DNA of 64,000 bases, from IMG/VR virus record IMGVR_UViG_3300031957_002677, positions 25,836 through 89,835 of that record. One strand, 5' to 3'. Of this stretch, positions 16,286 through 26,341 are shown piece by piece. A program made the position numbers and the translations under genes. The first letter of the stretch is position 1. Each line of letters opens with the position of its first letter. The notes below the pieces were generated by a model, which saw nothing but the letters and a program-made list of their open reading frames with translations, did no database searches and had not been told where the DNA came from. This stretch comes from a virus.

Positions 16286-16898
16286 AACTCTCGTATTCTG
16301 TATTCAAATTAAATGAAAGAATAATTCTGTCCTCATCACTTTCATTTGGAGCAGTGTAATGAAGAACATATGATGGGAAGAAAAGAATAGATCCTTCTCT
16401 AATTCCTGGTGGAAGAGTATTACAAATCTCAGTATCTGCTAGATTGGGATTTAGAAATATGGTTGGTGTGTGTTTATTAGGATCAAATTTAATGAAACAA
16501 ACAGCACTAAATCCCTGCGATCCATGATTATGAACCTGATGAAACTTACTATGAGTTGCTCTCTCAAACCAAGACGTACATACTTCTACAGCACACTCAA
16601 AGGTATCCGAAAAAGATTCTAATTCTGATTGAAGAATCTGCGTAATCTCTCTATCATAAGTTTCTCCAGTATCATGATTATGATGATAGTCAGTTTCCAC
16701 ATCTAGAGAAGATTCTGAACCTGTAGCAATCTTAAATTTATCTCTTTCATCCCTTCTCCGTTCAAACATATCAAGGAGAATTGCTTTCTTTTCCTCCCAG
16801 TCTTCTACTTTAAGATGTAGAAGTGGAACAGAAAACATAGGAATCAAGTATTCACTATGCCCTTCAGGAACTTCACAGTATAAATGAAAATTTGACAT
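16230..16898 (-). CDS. 2OG-Fe(II) oxygenase-like protein (TIGR02466-like, HxH)
   Basis: MFSVP, HQVHNHG, FSAVCFI, EGSILFFPSYVLHY, RIILSFN. Confidence 0.8.
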   Translation of the reverse strand: MSNFHLYCEVPEGHSEYLIPMFSVPLLHLKVEDWEEKKAILLDMFERRRDERDKFKIATGSESSLDVETDYHHNHDTGETYDREITQILQSELESFSDTFECAVEVCTSWFERATHSKFHQVHNHGSQGFSAVCFIKFDPNKHTPTIFLNPNLADTEICNTLPPGIREGSILFFPSYVLHYTAPNESDEDRIILSFNLNTEYESFAFADEEKGGGEYCTQDV

Positions 16899-16903
16899 AC
16901 TAA

Positions 16904-17128
16904 TTACTTTTTCGTTTTCTTTTTATATCTTTTTTGTAATTTTAACACATCTTTCATTGCTGTGTCAAATTTACGGTAAAGTTTACCTGTTGGTTTTCCT
17001 TCAGCAATAATTGTGTATTTAACACCATTTCCTGCCATCGGAATCACAACAAAGTTTCCATCATCAGAGCAGAATTGTTTGTAATGAGTAGATTCTAACA
17101 CTGATGAGTTAGTATATGTATACTTCAT
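16904..17128 (-). CDS. small basic hypothetical protein
   Basis: 74-aa ORF in operon. Confidence 0.7.
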   Translation of the reverse strand: MKYTYTNSSVLESTHYKQFCSDDGNFVVIPMAGNGVKYTIIAEGKPTGKLYRKFDTAMKDVLKLQKRYKKKTKK

Positions 17129-17131
17129 AAA

Positions 17132-18391
17132 TTACTTCTTAATTACAGAAACAGCAGCATCACCTTGCTCAAACACAATGTCAACAACATTCTGAATCTT
17201 TTGTGCAGTCTGAATACCAACTTTGTTGTAAGCAGGAATACAAACCAAACCATAAGATTTAGTGTATTGATCAAGTTTACCTGGAACAATAGTTCCATTG
17301 CGAAGACCAGCAGCATCATCTTTATGCAATCGAATCACACGACCGATAGTCTGACTGATGCCAATATAATTCATTGACCTCATAAAGATCACAGAATTGA
17401 GACCAGAGACGTTAATACCTTCTGAGAGGATGCTGTGATGAAGCACAACAAACTTCTTCTCATCATCCCTACCCCAAGCACTCAAAGTCTCAAAGAACTT
17501 CTCACGATTGACCTTACGACCATCAATCACTGCACCAGTCTTGGCAGTGATATACATGTAAGAATAACCACGTACTTCCAGTTGAAAAGTAAAATCAGAC
17601 TGACCAATCAGGTTGATGATATTCTTAGTAGATTTTGAGCAGATCAGTGCTTTATCAGCACCAGTCTCATCAATAGTCTTGATTAGATGTGCAGAATCAC
17701 GGACAGGAACATCAGGATAAAGATCTGCATTATCTAGTTGATTGACAACAACCTTAGGAGGAATGATGAAACCGTTGTTGACCAGTTCGGGTGCAGGAAC
17801 CTGACAAATAACCTGACCGTAAACTTCAGGATCATTCATGCCAGGTTTCATTACCGTAATAGAATGCTTCGGAGTTGCAGTAAAGAAATAGCAACGATCA
17901 GCATCATGACTGAAAAACTCAGTAGGAGGAAAGAAGTTACGGGTAACGGAATTGTGTGCCTCATCAAAATATATTGTATTGACTTCAATATCTGCTTCCA
18001 TCACACGATGAAGAGAATGATAAGTAGTGAAGATGATCATGTTCTCACCCATGCTACGAGCAGTGCCAGCATATAGATGAATCTGATCTGGTTTAGTAGA
18101 ACTAAAGTAATGAGTCTCACCACTATGAACGTGCATTACATGCAAATATGGATCACTGTTATTAGGATCAATAAGTTCCATAAACTCACTACAGAGTTGC
18201 TCAGCAAGAAGAATGCGAGGAGCAACAACAACAGTAGTGGTGCCACTGTTGATTGCATCGTGTGTTGTAATAGTATCTTGAATCATGGTGATAGTCTTAC
18301 CACCACCAGTCGGAACGATTACTTGTCCAAGATCGTGCTTCAACATAGCATCGCAAGCACGTTGCTGATGAGGACGAAGAGAAATGGTCAA
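17132..18391 (-). CDS. superfamily 2 (DEAH) helicase-like ATPase
   Basis: LRPHQ Q-motif, PTGGGKT Walker A, FDEAH, FTATP, LSEGIN, QTIGRVIR. Confidence 0.9.
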   Translation of the reverse strand: MTISLRPHQQRACDAMLKHDLGQVIVPTGGGKTITMIQDTITTHDAINSGTTTVVVAPRILLAEQLCSEFMELIDPNNSDPYLHVMHVHSGETHYFSSTKPDQIHLYAGTARSMGENMIIFTTYHSLHRVMEADIEVNTIYFDEAHNSVTRNFFPPTEFFSHDADRCYFFTATPKHSITVMKPGMNDPEVYGQVICQVPAPELVNNGFIIPPKVVVNQLDNADLYPDVPVRDSAHLIKTIDETGADKALICSKSTKNIINLIGQSDFTFQLEVRGYSYMYITAKTGAVIDGRKVNREKFFETLSAWGRDDEKKFVVLHHSILSEGINVSGLNSVIFMRSMNYIGISQTIGRVIRLHKDDAAGLRNGTIVPGKLDQYTKSYGLVCIPAYNKVGIQTAQKIQNVVDIVFEQGDAAVSVIKK

Positions 18392-18409
18392 GTGCTTTCC
18401 GTATCAATG

Positions 18410-18472
18410 AATATACTATAAAGCACCCAGACCCTAAAGTCAAGGTGCTTGTGACAGTTCGCAAACTGGTTC
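18410..18472 (-). promoter_or_regulatory. early promoter element variant
   Basis: CCAGTTTGCGAACTGTCAC...TTGACT-N17-TATAGT upstream of the helicase operon. Confidence 0.65.
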
Positions 18473-18474
18473 TA

Positions 18475-18639
18475 TCAGATCATTTTCATCGTCTCTTGTT
18501 GTTTGAAATATAATTTTACATATGATTTAAGCATCGTTCGTAGACCCTCAATATCTTCAATCTTATCAATATCTCTTGAAAGTCTTTCATACTCAAAAGA
18601 TTTTGATGGTGTTTGTAATGAAATCTCAGATGGGTCCAT
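18475..18639 (-). CDS. 54-aa NblA-like (phycobilisome degradation adaptor-like) microprotein, missed by ORF track
   Basis: MDPSEISLQTPSKSFEYERLSRDIDKIEDIEGLRTMLKSYVKLYFKQQETMKMI*; AAGGAG RBS; two-helix pattern with an L.T....F motif. The ORF is solid; the family call is tentative. Confidence 0.5.
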   Translation of the reverse strand: MDPSEISLQTPSKSFEYERLSRDIDKIEDIEGLRTMLKSYVKLYFKQQETMKMI

Positions 18640-18748
18640 AAAGATACTCCTTTAGCAATTTTCTAGCATTATATAGACGTGTCAAGGTCTTAAAGCTATT
18701 TCCTTTCTAACCCCAACAGAGAGATTGTAGCAACTTTTAGGTATCTTG

Positions 18749-21700
18749 TCAATACAACCCAGCATCAATCTCAACATTTACAACATTTAGAACTTCTTTT
18801 ACCTCTACTCCTGTGTCAATAGTATTTGCTTCAAAGATTGTAGTGATTCCAAGAGTGTTGCTTATGTTGATATAGAGATTTTGTAACTCTATCTCAGATG
18901 GAAGTCCTTGAGGTAGGAGATAACGATCTCTTCCAACTTCACCAGTGCCAGGATCAATATTTACATCGGTGCGGATTGCAACTCTTCCAGCAGATTGATC
19001 ATAGAAAATACCAGCATACTTATGAGTTGAAAGTCCAACATCATAACGTGCCATCAAAATACCAGCATCACCAGTATTTCCTACTGCTACATTAGGTGGA
19101 ATAAGTGTTCCTTGATTAAGTGGATCTTCAATGAGACCAAGTGTGAGAAGGTTATCTCTAATGTTAACATCTTCAACATTCAGTCTTGCTTCATTACCAT
19201 TGAAGAATGCACTATTAGCAGTAACATCACTTGAAATTGCAACATTACCAGTGCCATCATCCATTGCAATACAGATTGTTCCACCACCAGCACGCATAGT
19301 GCCTGTGCCTACTTGTAAATCACCTGTGACAGTTGTCAATATATCACTATCCATTGTGATATTATCTTGACCATTACTTGCACGAATGATGTTACCACCG
19401 ACTTGAATTGGTCCAGCAAATATGGTATTATTATTTGCTACCATAGTGATATTAGTATCACCAGTACCTGCTAGAATATTATTTCCTTCAACTCTGATGT
19501 CACCAGTGAAACTTGTTAGTTCCTGAGCATCAAACATCAAGATATTAACTGTACTATCAGATGCTAGAATTTGATTTCCACGAACTTCTAGATCACCATA
19601 AAGAATAGTTTTAGAATCACCTTCTATTGTAATGTTAGTAACACCAATACCATCTTGAATATCTCTTCCACCAACAACTAAATCACCAGTAATTTCAGTA
19701 TATGTTGCACCAAGACCAATTTGAATTGCAGTAAATTCGTCAGATGATTGAATAACATTCTTACCAAGTCTCAAGAAACCAGTAAGTTCTGTGACATTAT
19801 TCCTAATGGTAGCAATACCAATATCATCTGCACCAATAACAACATCTTCTCCAGATTTGAATAAGTCTGCTCTTTGTGATGTATCAGCAATATCAATAAC
19901 ATTAGAGTCGCACTTAATATGAGTACCACCAATCTGAACGAAACCTGCAAATGCTGTTGAAGTAGCACTATCAAGTGTGATATTTACTTGCCTATCACTT
20001 GCTTTAATTTCATTTTGTGATAGAATCAGTCTTGTAAGTTCTGTATTTTCACTTCTAATTGATGTAATAGATCCTGCCTGTTCACCTTGACCCATGTCAA
20101 TGAATTGTGCTCCACCTGCAAAATTCAGTTCAGTAACACCATAATTTAATAGGTCAAATCTTAATTCTGGATTTTCTACTGATGCATTGATTGCAGTGCC
20201 AAGAACACTTAAGTTATTGTGTACGAATAGACTTGTACTAAATGCATCCAGATAGAAACCTGGATTAACAAACATTTGTGCTCCAGCATCAGTCTGAGAA
20301 GTTCCAGCATTTGCCATTGCTGGATAGAAGAACTCAGGATTTGTGCTATTATTTACATCTTGCTTATAAACGTCTACATTATTTGCTTGGAAAGCAGTAG
20401 AAACGAATGCATTATTGAAATTATCACTAATAACGTTTAAGAATCCATTGATTGTTGCAACACCAACATGATTAAAGAAACCAGCACTATCAACATTAGC
20501 AAACCTCGACTTACCTGGACCAACATCTAGGTATATTTCATTTTCATCCGTATTACCAACTCCAGCAACATTTAGATATGCAATCGTTGCACCCAAACCA
20601 ACGTCTAGGTTCACCAAATTTGCTTGACTGTCAGTTCCCTCAGGACCAACATCTAAGAAGTTACTAAAAATAGTATTCCAACGACCACCGTCACTACCAA
20701 TACCACCAGTTGGAATGTTATTAGTATTTGGTAATAAATTTGAGAATACTGCACCATCAGTATTAACCTCAGTTTTTCCCAATGGAGCAAATGATGATTG
20801 TTTAGAAGATGGTGTCATACCAATCGAAAGGATTGGCATCTCCAAATTCATATTTCCGTAAAATCTACTGAGTACATCATCACCGAGATGATCTTCAGAT
20901 CCACTAGTTCCACCTAATCCATAACCAACTTCAATATATTCGGAAACACTAAATCCATAACCAACTTGTCCAAATTGACGAACCTCCATACCACCAGTGG
21001 TGAAAATGGCGGCAGAAGCTGCTTCTGTATCAATACCTGCTTGTGCCCAGTCACCTTCACGTTGATCATTAAATACTCTCAACCTTGCTTTTTCTGAATT
21101 ACCTGGTTCACGGACGATATTAATGTCCTCCATACAAGTGATGGTGTCATAAAATAGGGATTCGGGAACAACAACGAACTCAGTTCCTAAACCAGTCTCA
21201 CCACCATTTATAGGATCAGTGATAAGTGGATCACCACCATTAAAGTGAACTCTACCAGAAACATATAGTGCTACTTCTTTGGGATCTGCTGCACCAACAT
21301 TATCAATTACAACTAAACCGTGTGCTGTAAAATCATCATCCGCAGAACCATTGATAGTACCACCAGGACCAGTGACTGCGATACCAATATCAGCATTACT
21401 ATTTGCCGCATTACCACCTTGTGCTCCAGCAACAGGAACATTTGGTTGTCCAATATAAACCGTTCCCATTCCTGAGTCACGGGCAAGCGTAGTAACTCCA
21501 GTAACTACAAGATCCCTAGTTGTTGTGAGTCCACCTACGTTTAACTTGGGGAATGTTGCTCCGAAACCAGTTACAGAACCACTAGATCCATTATCAACAT
21601 TTAAGTTTCCTTCAATATAAACATCGTCTAGTAAATATGTCTCATTAAAGTTAATCAGTGAATCATCAGCAGTAGAACCTCTTGCTGTTCTCTCTGTTAG

Positions 21701-21835
21701 ATAGTCACCGACTGTGCTACCGATACCAACACCACCCAACATGACTAAAGATGTTGATAATCCTATGTTTTGATTGGCATCTCTAATTTCAACAAAAGAT
21801 GCAAATTGAGATAATTCTCTACTATTTCTAGTCAT
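18749..21835 (-). CDS. large tail fibre / virion structural protein
   Basis: 1028 aa, G/T/I-rich beta repeats (TGDLxVGG.xI.xSDG), C-terminal IDAGLY; late promoter upstream. Confidence 0.75.
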   Translation of the reverse strand: MTRNSRELSQFASFVEIRDANQNIGLSTSLVMLGGVGIGSTVGDYLTERTARGSTADDSLINFNETYLLDDVYIEGNLNVDNGSSGSVTGFGATFPKLNVGGLTTTRDLVVTGVTTLARDSGMGTVYIGQPNVPVAGAQGGNAANSNADIGIAVTGPGGTINGSADDDFTAHGLVVIDNVGAADPKEVALYVSGRVHFNGGDPLITDPINGGETGLGTEFVVVPESLFYDTITCMEDINIVREPGNSEKARLRVFNDQREGDWAQAGIDTEAASAAIFTTGGMEVRQFGQVGYGFSVSEYIEVGYGLGGTSGSEDHLGDDVLSRFYGNMNLEMPILSIGMTPSSKQSSFAPLGKTEVNTDGAVFSNLLPNTNNIPTGGIGSDGGRWNTIFSNFLDVGPEGTDSQANLVNLDVGLGATIAYLNVAGVGNTDENEIYLDVGPGKSRFANVDSAGFFNHVGVATINGFLNVISDNFNNAFVSTAFQANNVDVYKQDVNNSTNPEFFYPAMANAGTSQTDAGAQMFVNPGFYLDAFSTSLFVHNNLSVLGTAINASVENPELRFDLLNYGVTELNFAGGAQFIDMGQGEQAGSITSIRSENTELTRLILSQNEIKASDRQVNITLDSATSTAFAGFVQIGGTHIKCDSNVIDIADTSQRADLFKSGEDVVIGADDIGIATIRNNVTELTGFLRLGKNVIQSSDEFTAIQIGLGATYTEITGDLVVGGRDIQDGIGVTNITIEGDSKTILYGDLEVRGNQILASDSTVNILMFDAQELTSFTGDIRVEGNNILAGTGDTNITMVANNNTIFAGPIQVGGNIIRASNGQDNITMDSDILTTVTGDLQVGTGTMRAGGGTICIAMDDGTGNVAISSDVTANSAFFNGNEARLNVEDVNIRDNLLTLGLIEDPLNQGTLIPPNVAVGNTGDAGILMARYDVGLSTHKYAGIFYDQSAGRVAIRTDVNIDPGTGEVGRDRYLLPQGLPSEIELQNLYINISNTLGITTIFEANTIDTGVEVKEVLNVVNVEIDAGLY

Positions 21836-21867
21836 CTATTTCTTTAGCTAGGTGGATCTCTTAAGAG

Positions 21868-21896
21868 TATTTAGTTTCTCACAATCTCCTATTTAT
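21868..21896 (-). promoter_or_regulatory. T4-type late promoter(s)
   Basis: ATAAATA (21890-21896) and CTAAATA (21868-21874). Confidence 0.5.
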
Positions 21897-22237
21897 CCCA
21901 TAGTAATTGTTGTGGATAATGCACCAACAGTAATGACTAAATTATTACCAATAACATTTAATGAAACTGCTGTACCAATTCCATTTGTACTAATACCACC
22001 AGTTACTAGAATCTCACCAGTCACATCAAGTGCTTTCTGTGGTTGAGTGCTACCAATACCTACAGAATATCCAGTTCCTACAATTACGTCAGACTGAACT
22101 TTACCACCAATAGTAACATCTGTGCTAATAGCAACAGTATTTGCATCTAGATTGAGATTTGTGGGACTAGTTAATTTGGGTACTCCAGAAGAACCAATCA
22201 GTTCTATTTTCTTTACACCAAAATTTTTATCTGCCAT
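21893..22237 (-). CDS. small tail-fibre-like structural protein
   Basis: VGIGSTQPQKALDVTG fibre repeat; ATAAATA at 22250-22256. Confidence 0.65.
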   Translation of the reverse strand: MADKNFGVKKIELIGSSGVPKLTSPTNLNLDANTVAISTDVTIGGKVQSDVIVGTGYSVGIGSTQPQKALDVTGEILVTGGISTNGIGTAVSLNVIGNNLVITVGALSTTITMG

Positions 22238-22252
22238 GGTTTTTTTAGTTAT

Positions 22253-24187
22253 TTATTCGTATGATATAGTTATTCCTTCAAGAGTTATATTTTCCATAGA
22301 AACTTTATCATCATTAGCATATGGGTTATAAGTAACTCTTGGATCTGCACCTCTTAAATTATAACTTCCAGTCCAATAATTTGTTTGAGTGTCGTCATTA
22401 ATTGCAGAATAAAAACCATCACCAGAACCAGAAGTTGTAGTTACTGGTAAAATAGTAGTGCCATGATCTTTTAACCAATTATGAACTGCTCTAGAATCTG
22501 CAGTTGGATTTGCTTCTAAAAATAATGCAATCAAACCACATGCAACGGGAGATGCAGCAGAAGTTCCATTGAAAGATGCATCATAAAAATTAGAATCATC
22601 ATATCTTTCATAATCATTATATCCACCATCAGAAAAAACTCCACCAGCAGCAAGAGTTTCATCTGCTGGAGCCCAAACATCAATACCAGGACCATTGTTT
22701 GAATATGATGCCTGATATTCTGCACCAGGAGTAGTCAAAGTATCTTCTAATGCACCAACACATACAACAGGATGAAAGTCTTTTGACTCATCAAATCCAA
22801 TTCCCTGAGGATTCATCCAATCACGATGATTGCAAGGAACTGTAGTTGATGGAAATTCATCTCTAGGGTCCGTTGTACTAAAGTAATCATCTTCCAAATA
22901 ATTTAATCTATCTGGATCAGTTGCACCAATACCTAGTCTTTGATTATTATTTCCTGCTGCTGCAACATAAATGACACCTTCTAACATCAATTCATTTGCA
23001 GCAGCATCAGTTGAATTGGAACGTGAAGAAGATGACCAAGATTTATATGCACCATTGACTTGATTACTCAATCCACTTTTCATTGCAGTAACTTGATCTG
23101 TTACTGATGCATCTCCAATAAATGAACCTGTTGAACCTCTAAAATTATAAATTACGGTATCACTAGATGAGAATGCTGCTTGATATCCCCAACTACCATT
23201 AATAATCGTTGGATTCTTTCTACCAGTTGATGAATTAACTGGTTTTAGACGTTGCCAAAGTTTCATCGCATCATAATTAGTTTCAATACCCATTGAAACA
23301 TTGTCACCAATACCAGGCATGTTCCAAATATTTGCTTCAAAAGCATTACCAAAGTTTTTACCTGCTACTAATGATGCACATGCAGTTCCGTGTCCACTTG
23401 TTAAACTATTAGTACCATCTAAAGATCCACCCATAGATCTTGCTTCAGTATAATTTGCAGATACTGTAATAGTTCCTTCTGATTGAAACTGTGCAGATCT
23501 ATTTAAACTGTTTGTCCACCAATCTCTAGATGCTGATTCTTGTCCTGTTACTCTACCATCTGCTCTTGTAGTTGTATATCCATTAGAGATAAAGTAATCT
23601 GGATCAATATAATATGGACCATCAAGAATAATATCTCTTACTCTAGATTGACTATTTCCATCCATAAACTCTGGATGATATTGTAAAACTCCAGAGTCAT
23701 GAATAATTACATCCACATTCCTACCAGTTAGAGTGAAAGAAACGTCACCTTCTTGAACTGCAACAGTACCACTATTATCTGAAAAAAATGTGCCAGTTTG
23801 CCTGACTGTTGGCCTTGCTACACCATAATTAGATCTATCTAGTTCTACATCAGTTGGATTAGTTGCAGGTATGCTTGCAGAAAGTACATCACGATAGAAC
23901 TTTACATTCTTCTTAAATCTTTTTGTGGCAAATTGAGGTTCTGGATATGAATCTGGATTATCAATAGGTGATAATTCTATCCATTTAATATGAGGATGAG
24001 CAGCAATCTCTGCTGCTTCCTCTTCTGTCAGTTCATAAGTTCCACGAGTAGAACTATGTTCTTTAAAATCTGTACATGCTACTTGTCTATCAGGAATACC
24101 ATCTTGATTAGAGTCTACAATTAATGCATCATGAATCTCAGTCCAATATTCTGGACTTGTAACGGATAATTCGTATCTTTGCATCAA
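22253..24187 (-). CDS. S8 (subtilisin-like) serine peptidase in the fibre cluster
   Basis: Catalytic triad motifs IIHDSG, GHGTACAS, FNGTSAASP; oxyanion AAAGN; N-terminal prodomain-like segment. Confidence 0.9.
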   Translation of the reverse strand: MMQRYELSVTSPEYWTEIHDALIVDSNQDGIPDRQVACTDFKEHSSTRGTYELTEEEAAEIAAHPHIKWIELSPIDNPDSYPEPQFATKRFKKNVKFYRDVLSASIPATNPTDVELDRSNYGVARPTVRQTGTFFSDNSGTVAVQEGDVSFTLTGRNVDVIIHDSGVLQYHPEFMDGNSQSRVRDIILDGPYYIDPDYFISNGYTTTRADGRVTGQESASRDWWTNSLNRSAQFQSEGTITVSANYTEARSMGGSLDGTNSLTSGHGTACASLVAGKNFGNAFEANIWNMPGIGDNVSMGIETNYDAMKLWQRLKPVNSSTGRKNPTIINGSWGYQAAFSSSDTVIYNFRGSTGSFIGDASVTDQVTAMKSGLSNQVNGAYKSWSSSSRSNSTDAAANELMLEGVIYVAAAGNNNQRLGIGATDPDRLNYLEDDYFSTTDPRDEFPSTTVPCNHRDWMNPQGIGFDESKDFHPVVCVGALEDTLTTPGAEYQASYSNNGPGIDVWAPADETLAAGGVFSDGGYNDYERYDDSNFYDASFNGTSAASPVACGLIALFLEANPTADSRAVHNWLKDHGTTILPVTTTSGSGDGFYSAINDDTQTNYWTGSYNLRGADPRVTYNPYANDDKVSMENITLEGITISYE

Positions 24188-26286
24188 AGCATGGTCTCCC
24201 TTACTACTCTATATGTAACAATTCCACTCACCCCAGTTTCTGGTGTCCATTGTAATTCACAAGTTCCAGCATTTACAGTTGCACCAACAGAAACTAGAAG
24301 ATCATTATTATACATGATCGCATATTCTTGAGCATATGCTGTAGTTCCATCATTCATCACAAGAACTTTTTGAGATTGAATTCCAGATGAATGTTGGAAA
24401 TATAATGTATATTCTGCAGTCTTAAAGTCATCAGTTGCAATTACCCAACCAGCGTCACCTGTTGTAGTAACACCTGCTGTTGCGGTGAATGATCCATAGT
24501 CAGTGTAAACACCATAGACTTCTTCAACTTGTAGAGGTGTTCTTGGATTTATAGTTCCAACACCAACCGAACTTACCGTAATATTAGGAGAACCACTCAG
24601 TCCCGTTGAATTGCCAGTTACATCACCAGTTAACGGACCATTAAATGATGTCGCATAAAGTGTTCCAGTTACAGTAGCACCTGTACTAATAGTTTCAAAC
24701 TTCTTAGAGTTATTATAGAAAAGACTTACACCAGCACCCACTCTAAAGGATGCCATCTCTGCAGTAGTTCCATATTGTCCAATAGTAACGGATGGATTTG
24801 CGTCAATGTTAAGACCACCACCACCTTGATCTTGGATATAACTATTTGTACCATCAAAGTAAATTCTTAGGTCATTACCTGCACCAAAGATTGCCTGATC
24901 ATTATTTCCAAGTTGAATATTATTCTGGAATGTTACTTCATCAGTAAATGTAGAAATTCCAGTTGATTGTAATCCACGTGTACTCGTAACACCAGCATTA
25001 GAGAGTTGACCAGTAGAAGGATTATATTGTAGTTTTCCACTCAGATCATATCTATTAAATGTATGACCACCTTGGGTTGGATCAAGGAATAGTGCAAGAT
25101 CATAATCATCACTATTAGATACACCTGCAGTAAAGACTTTGTGCTGACCAACTAAGTCACCATCAAATCCAGATGCAGTAACAATACCAGCATATTGTGC
25201 TCCACCATCAGAAGTAATCGTAAGAGATGTACCAATTCTAATTTCATCATTAATACCATCAATTGTAATACTGGATGAACCAACTGTTAAAATTCCAGTA
25301 ATTCTTGCGTCTCCATTGACCCAAAGTTGAGTTCCAGCAGCACCTACAGGACCAATTTCTGTTTGGAATCTTGGATTTGTTGTCCCCAAACCAACTGCAG
25401 CAGTATCAGTAAAGATACCGACAGCAGCATCACCATTGAGTAATCCAAATACTCCTGATGGACCACCAGAACCTTCACCTAGTCCAACACCATAATCTAC
25501 AATATTGAGAGTAGAAATACCAGTGATATTGGAACCATCACCATGAAATTCTGTTGCAGTAATGACACCTACACCTGCAATACCTCTATTGTTTAGATCT
25601 AAGTATCCACCAAGTTGTGGTGATGGATCAGAAAGAACATCTGTTAGACCACCAGAGTCAATGTATGCAGTGACCAGACCTGATGTTCCATCTAGAGTAA
25701 CACCTAGACCAACAAAGTCGAGGATTTGAATTCTGCCAGCAGTTCCACTATCAATACCTGCCTTTCTAACAGAAACACCAAGAATACCAGTGTTTCCTGC
25801 ACCGACAGATGCAACACCGTGACCAATAAGTTCTACCTCTTCACCACCAAATGCTGCAGCAAACAGTGTGATAGATCCACCACCAGGATTAATTGCATAA
25901 TCACCAGCAGTAAGTTTTACACCATCAAGGAATACACTGGTTAGATCCGTTTCTGTAAGTATGAATGAACCAAAAGTTCCAGTGGCAGGAAGTCTAGTTT
26001 GTCCTGCAGTAAGTGTAAATATTTCTGTTTGTCTAGAGACTGGAAATGATTCCCATCTCCACTTATCTCCAGTAGATTGTAAATATTGACCAGTTACACC
26101 ACTAGTGCCACCAGTTGATACGGGTGAAAATAATGCACCATCAATAGCAGCATCACCGATGACATCCAATTCATGTTCAGGTGTTCCTGAGTTAATACCA
26201 ACACGATTAGTTTCATCATTTGCATATAACAAGGTATTCGCAACTTCAATACCATTGCGAACGACAAAATTCTTGTTAATACCCAT
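24184..26286 (-). CDS. tail fibre protein
   Basis: VGINSGTP, VGLGTTNP and VGVGTINP fibre repeats; DPSPQLGGYLDLN motif. Confidence 0.8.
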   Translation of the reverse strand: MGINKNFVVRNGIEVANTLLYANDETNRVGINSGTPEHELDVIGDAAIDGALFSPVSTGGTSGVTGQYLQSTGDKWRWESFPVSRQTEIFTLTAGQTRLPATGTFGSFILTETDLTSVFLDGVKLTAGDYAINPGGGSITLFAAAFGGEEVELIGHGVASVGAGNTGILGVSVRKAGIDSGTAGRIQILDFVGLGVTLDGTSGLVTAYIDSGGLTDVLSDPSPQLGGYLDLNNRGIAGVGVITATEFHGDGSNITGISTLNIVDYGVGLGEGSGGPSGVFGLLNGDAAVGIFTDTAAVGLGTTNPRFQTEIGPVGAAGTQLWVNGDARITGILTVGSSSITIDGINDEIRIGTSLTITSDGGAQYAGIVTASGFDGDLVGQHKVFTAGVSNSDDYDLALFLDPTQGGHTFNRYDLSGKLQYNPSTGQLSNAGVTSTRGLQSTGISTFTDEVTFQNNIQLGNNDQAIFGAGNDLRIYFDGTNSYIQDQGGGGLNIDANPSVTIGQYGTTAEMASFRVGAGVSLFYNNSKKFETISTGATVTGTLYATSFNGPLTGDVTGNSTGLSGSPNITVSSVGVGTINPRTPLQVEEVYGVYTDYGSFTATAGVTTTGDAGWVIATDDFKTAEYTLYFQHSSGIQSQKVLVMNDGTTAYAQEYAIMYNNDLLVSVGATVNAGTCELQWTPETGVSGIVTYRVVRETML

Positions 26287-26334
26287 CGATTCTCCTGGGG
26301 TTCACTCTCCCCCCAATTTATTTTTTACTAATCC

Positions 26335-26341
26335 TATTTAT
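26335..26341 (-). promoter_or_regulatory. T4-type late promoter
   Basis: ATAAATA ~50 nt upstream of 26286. Confidence 0.5.

Noticed and set aside
17132-18391. Type III restriction subunit or defence system
   Set aside because: No nuclease domain and no adjacent modification gene; stand-alone SF2 helicase-like genes are common in these phages
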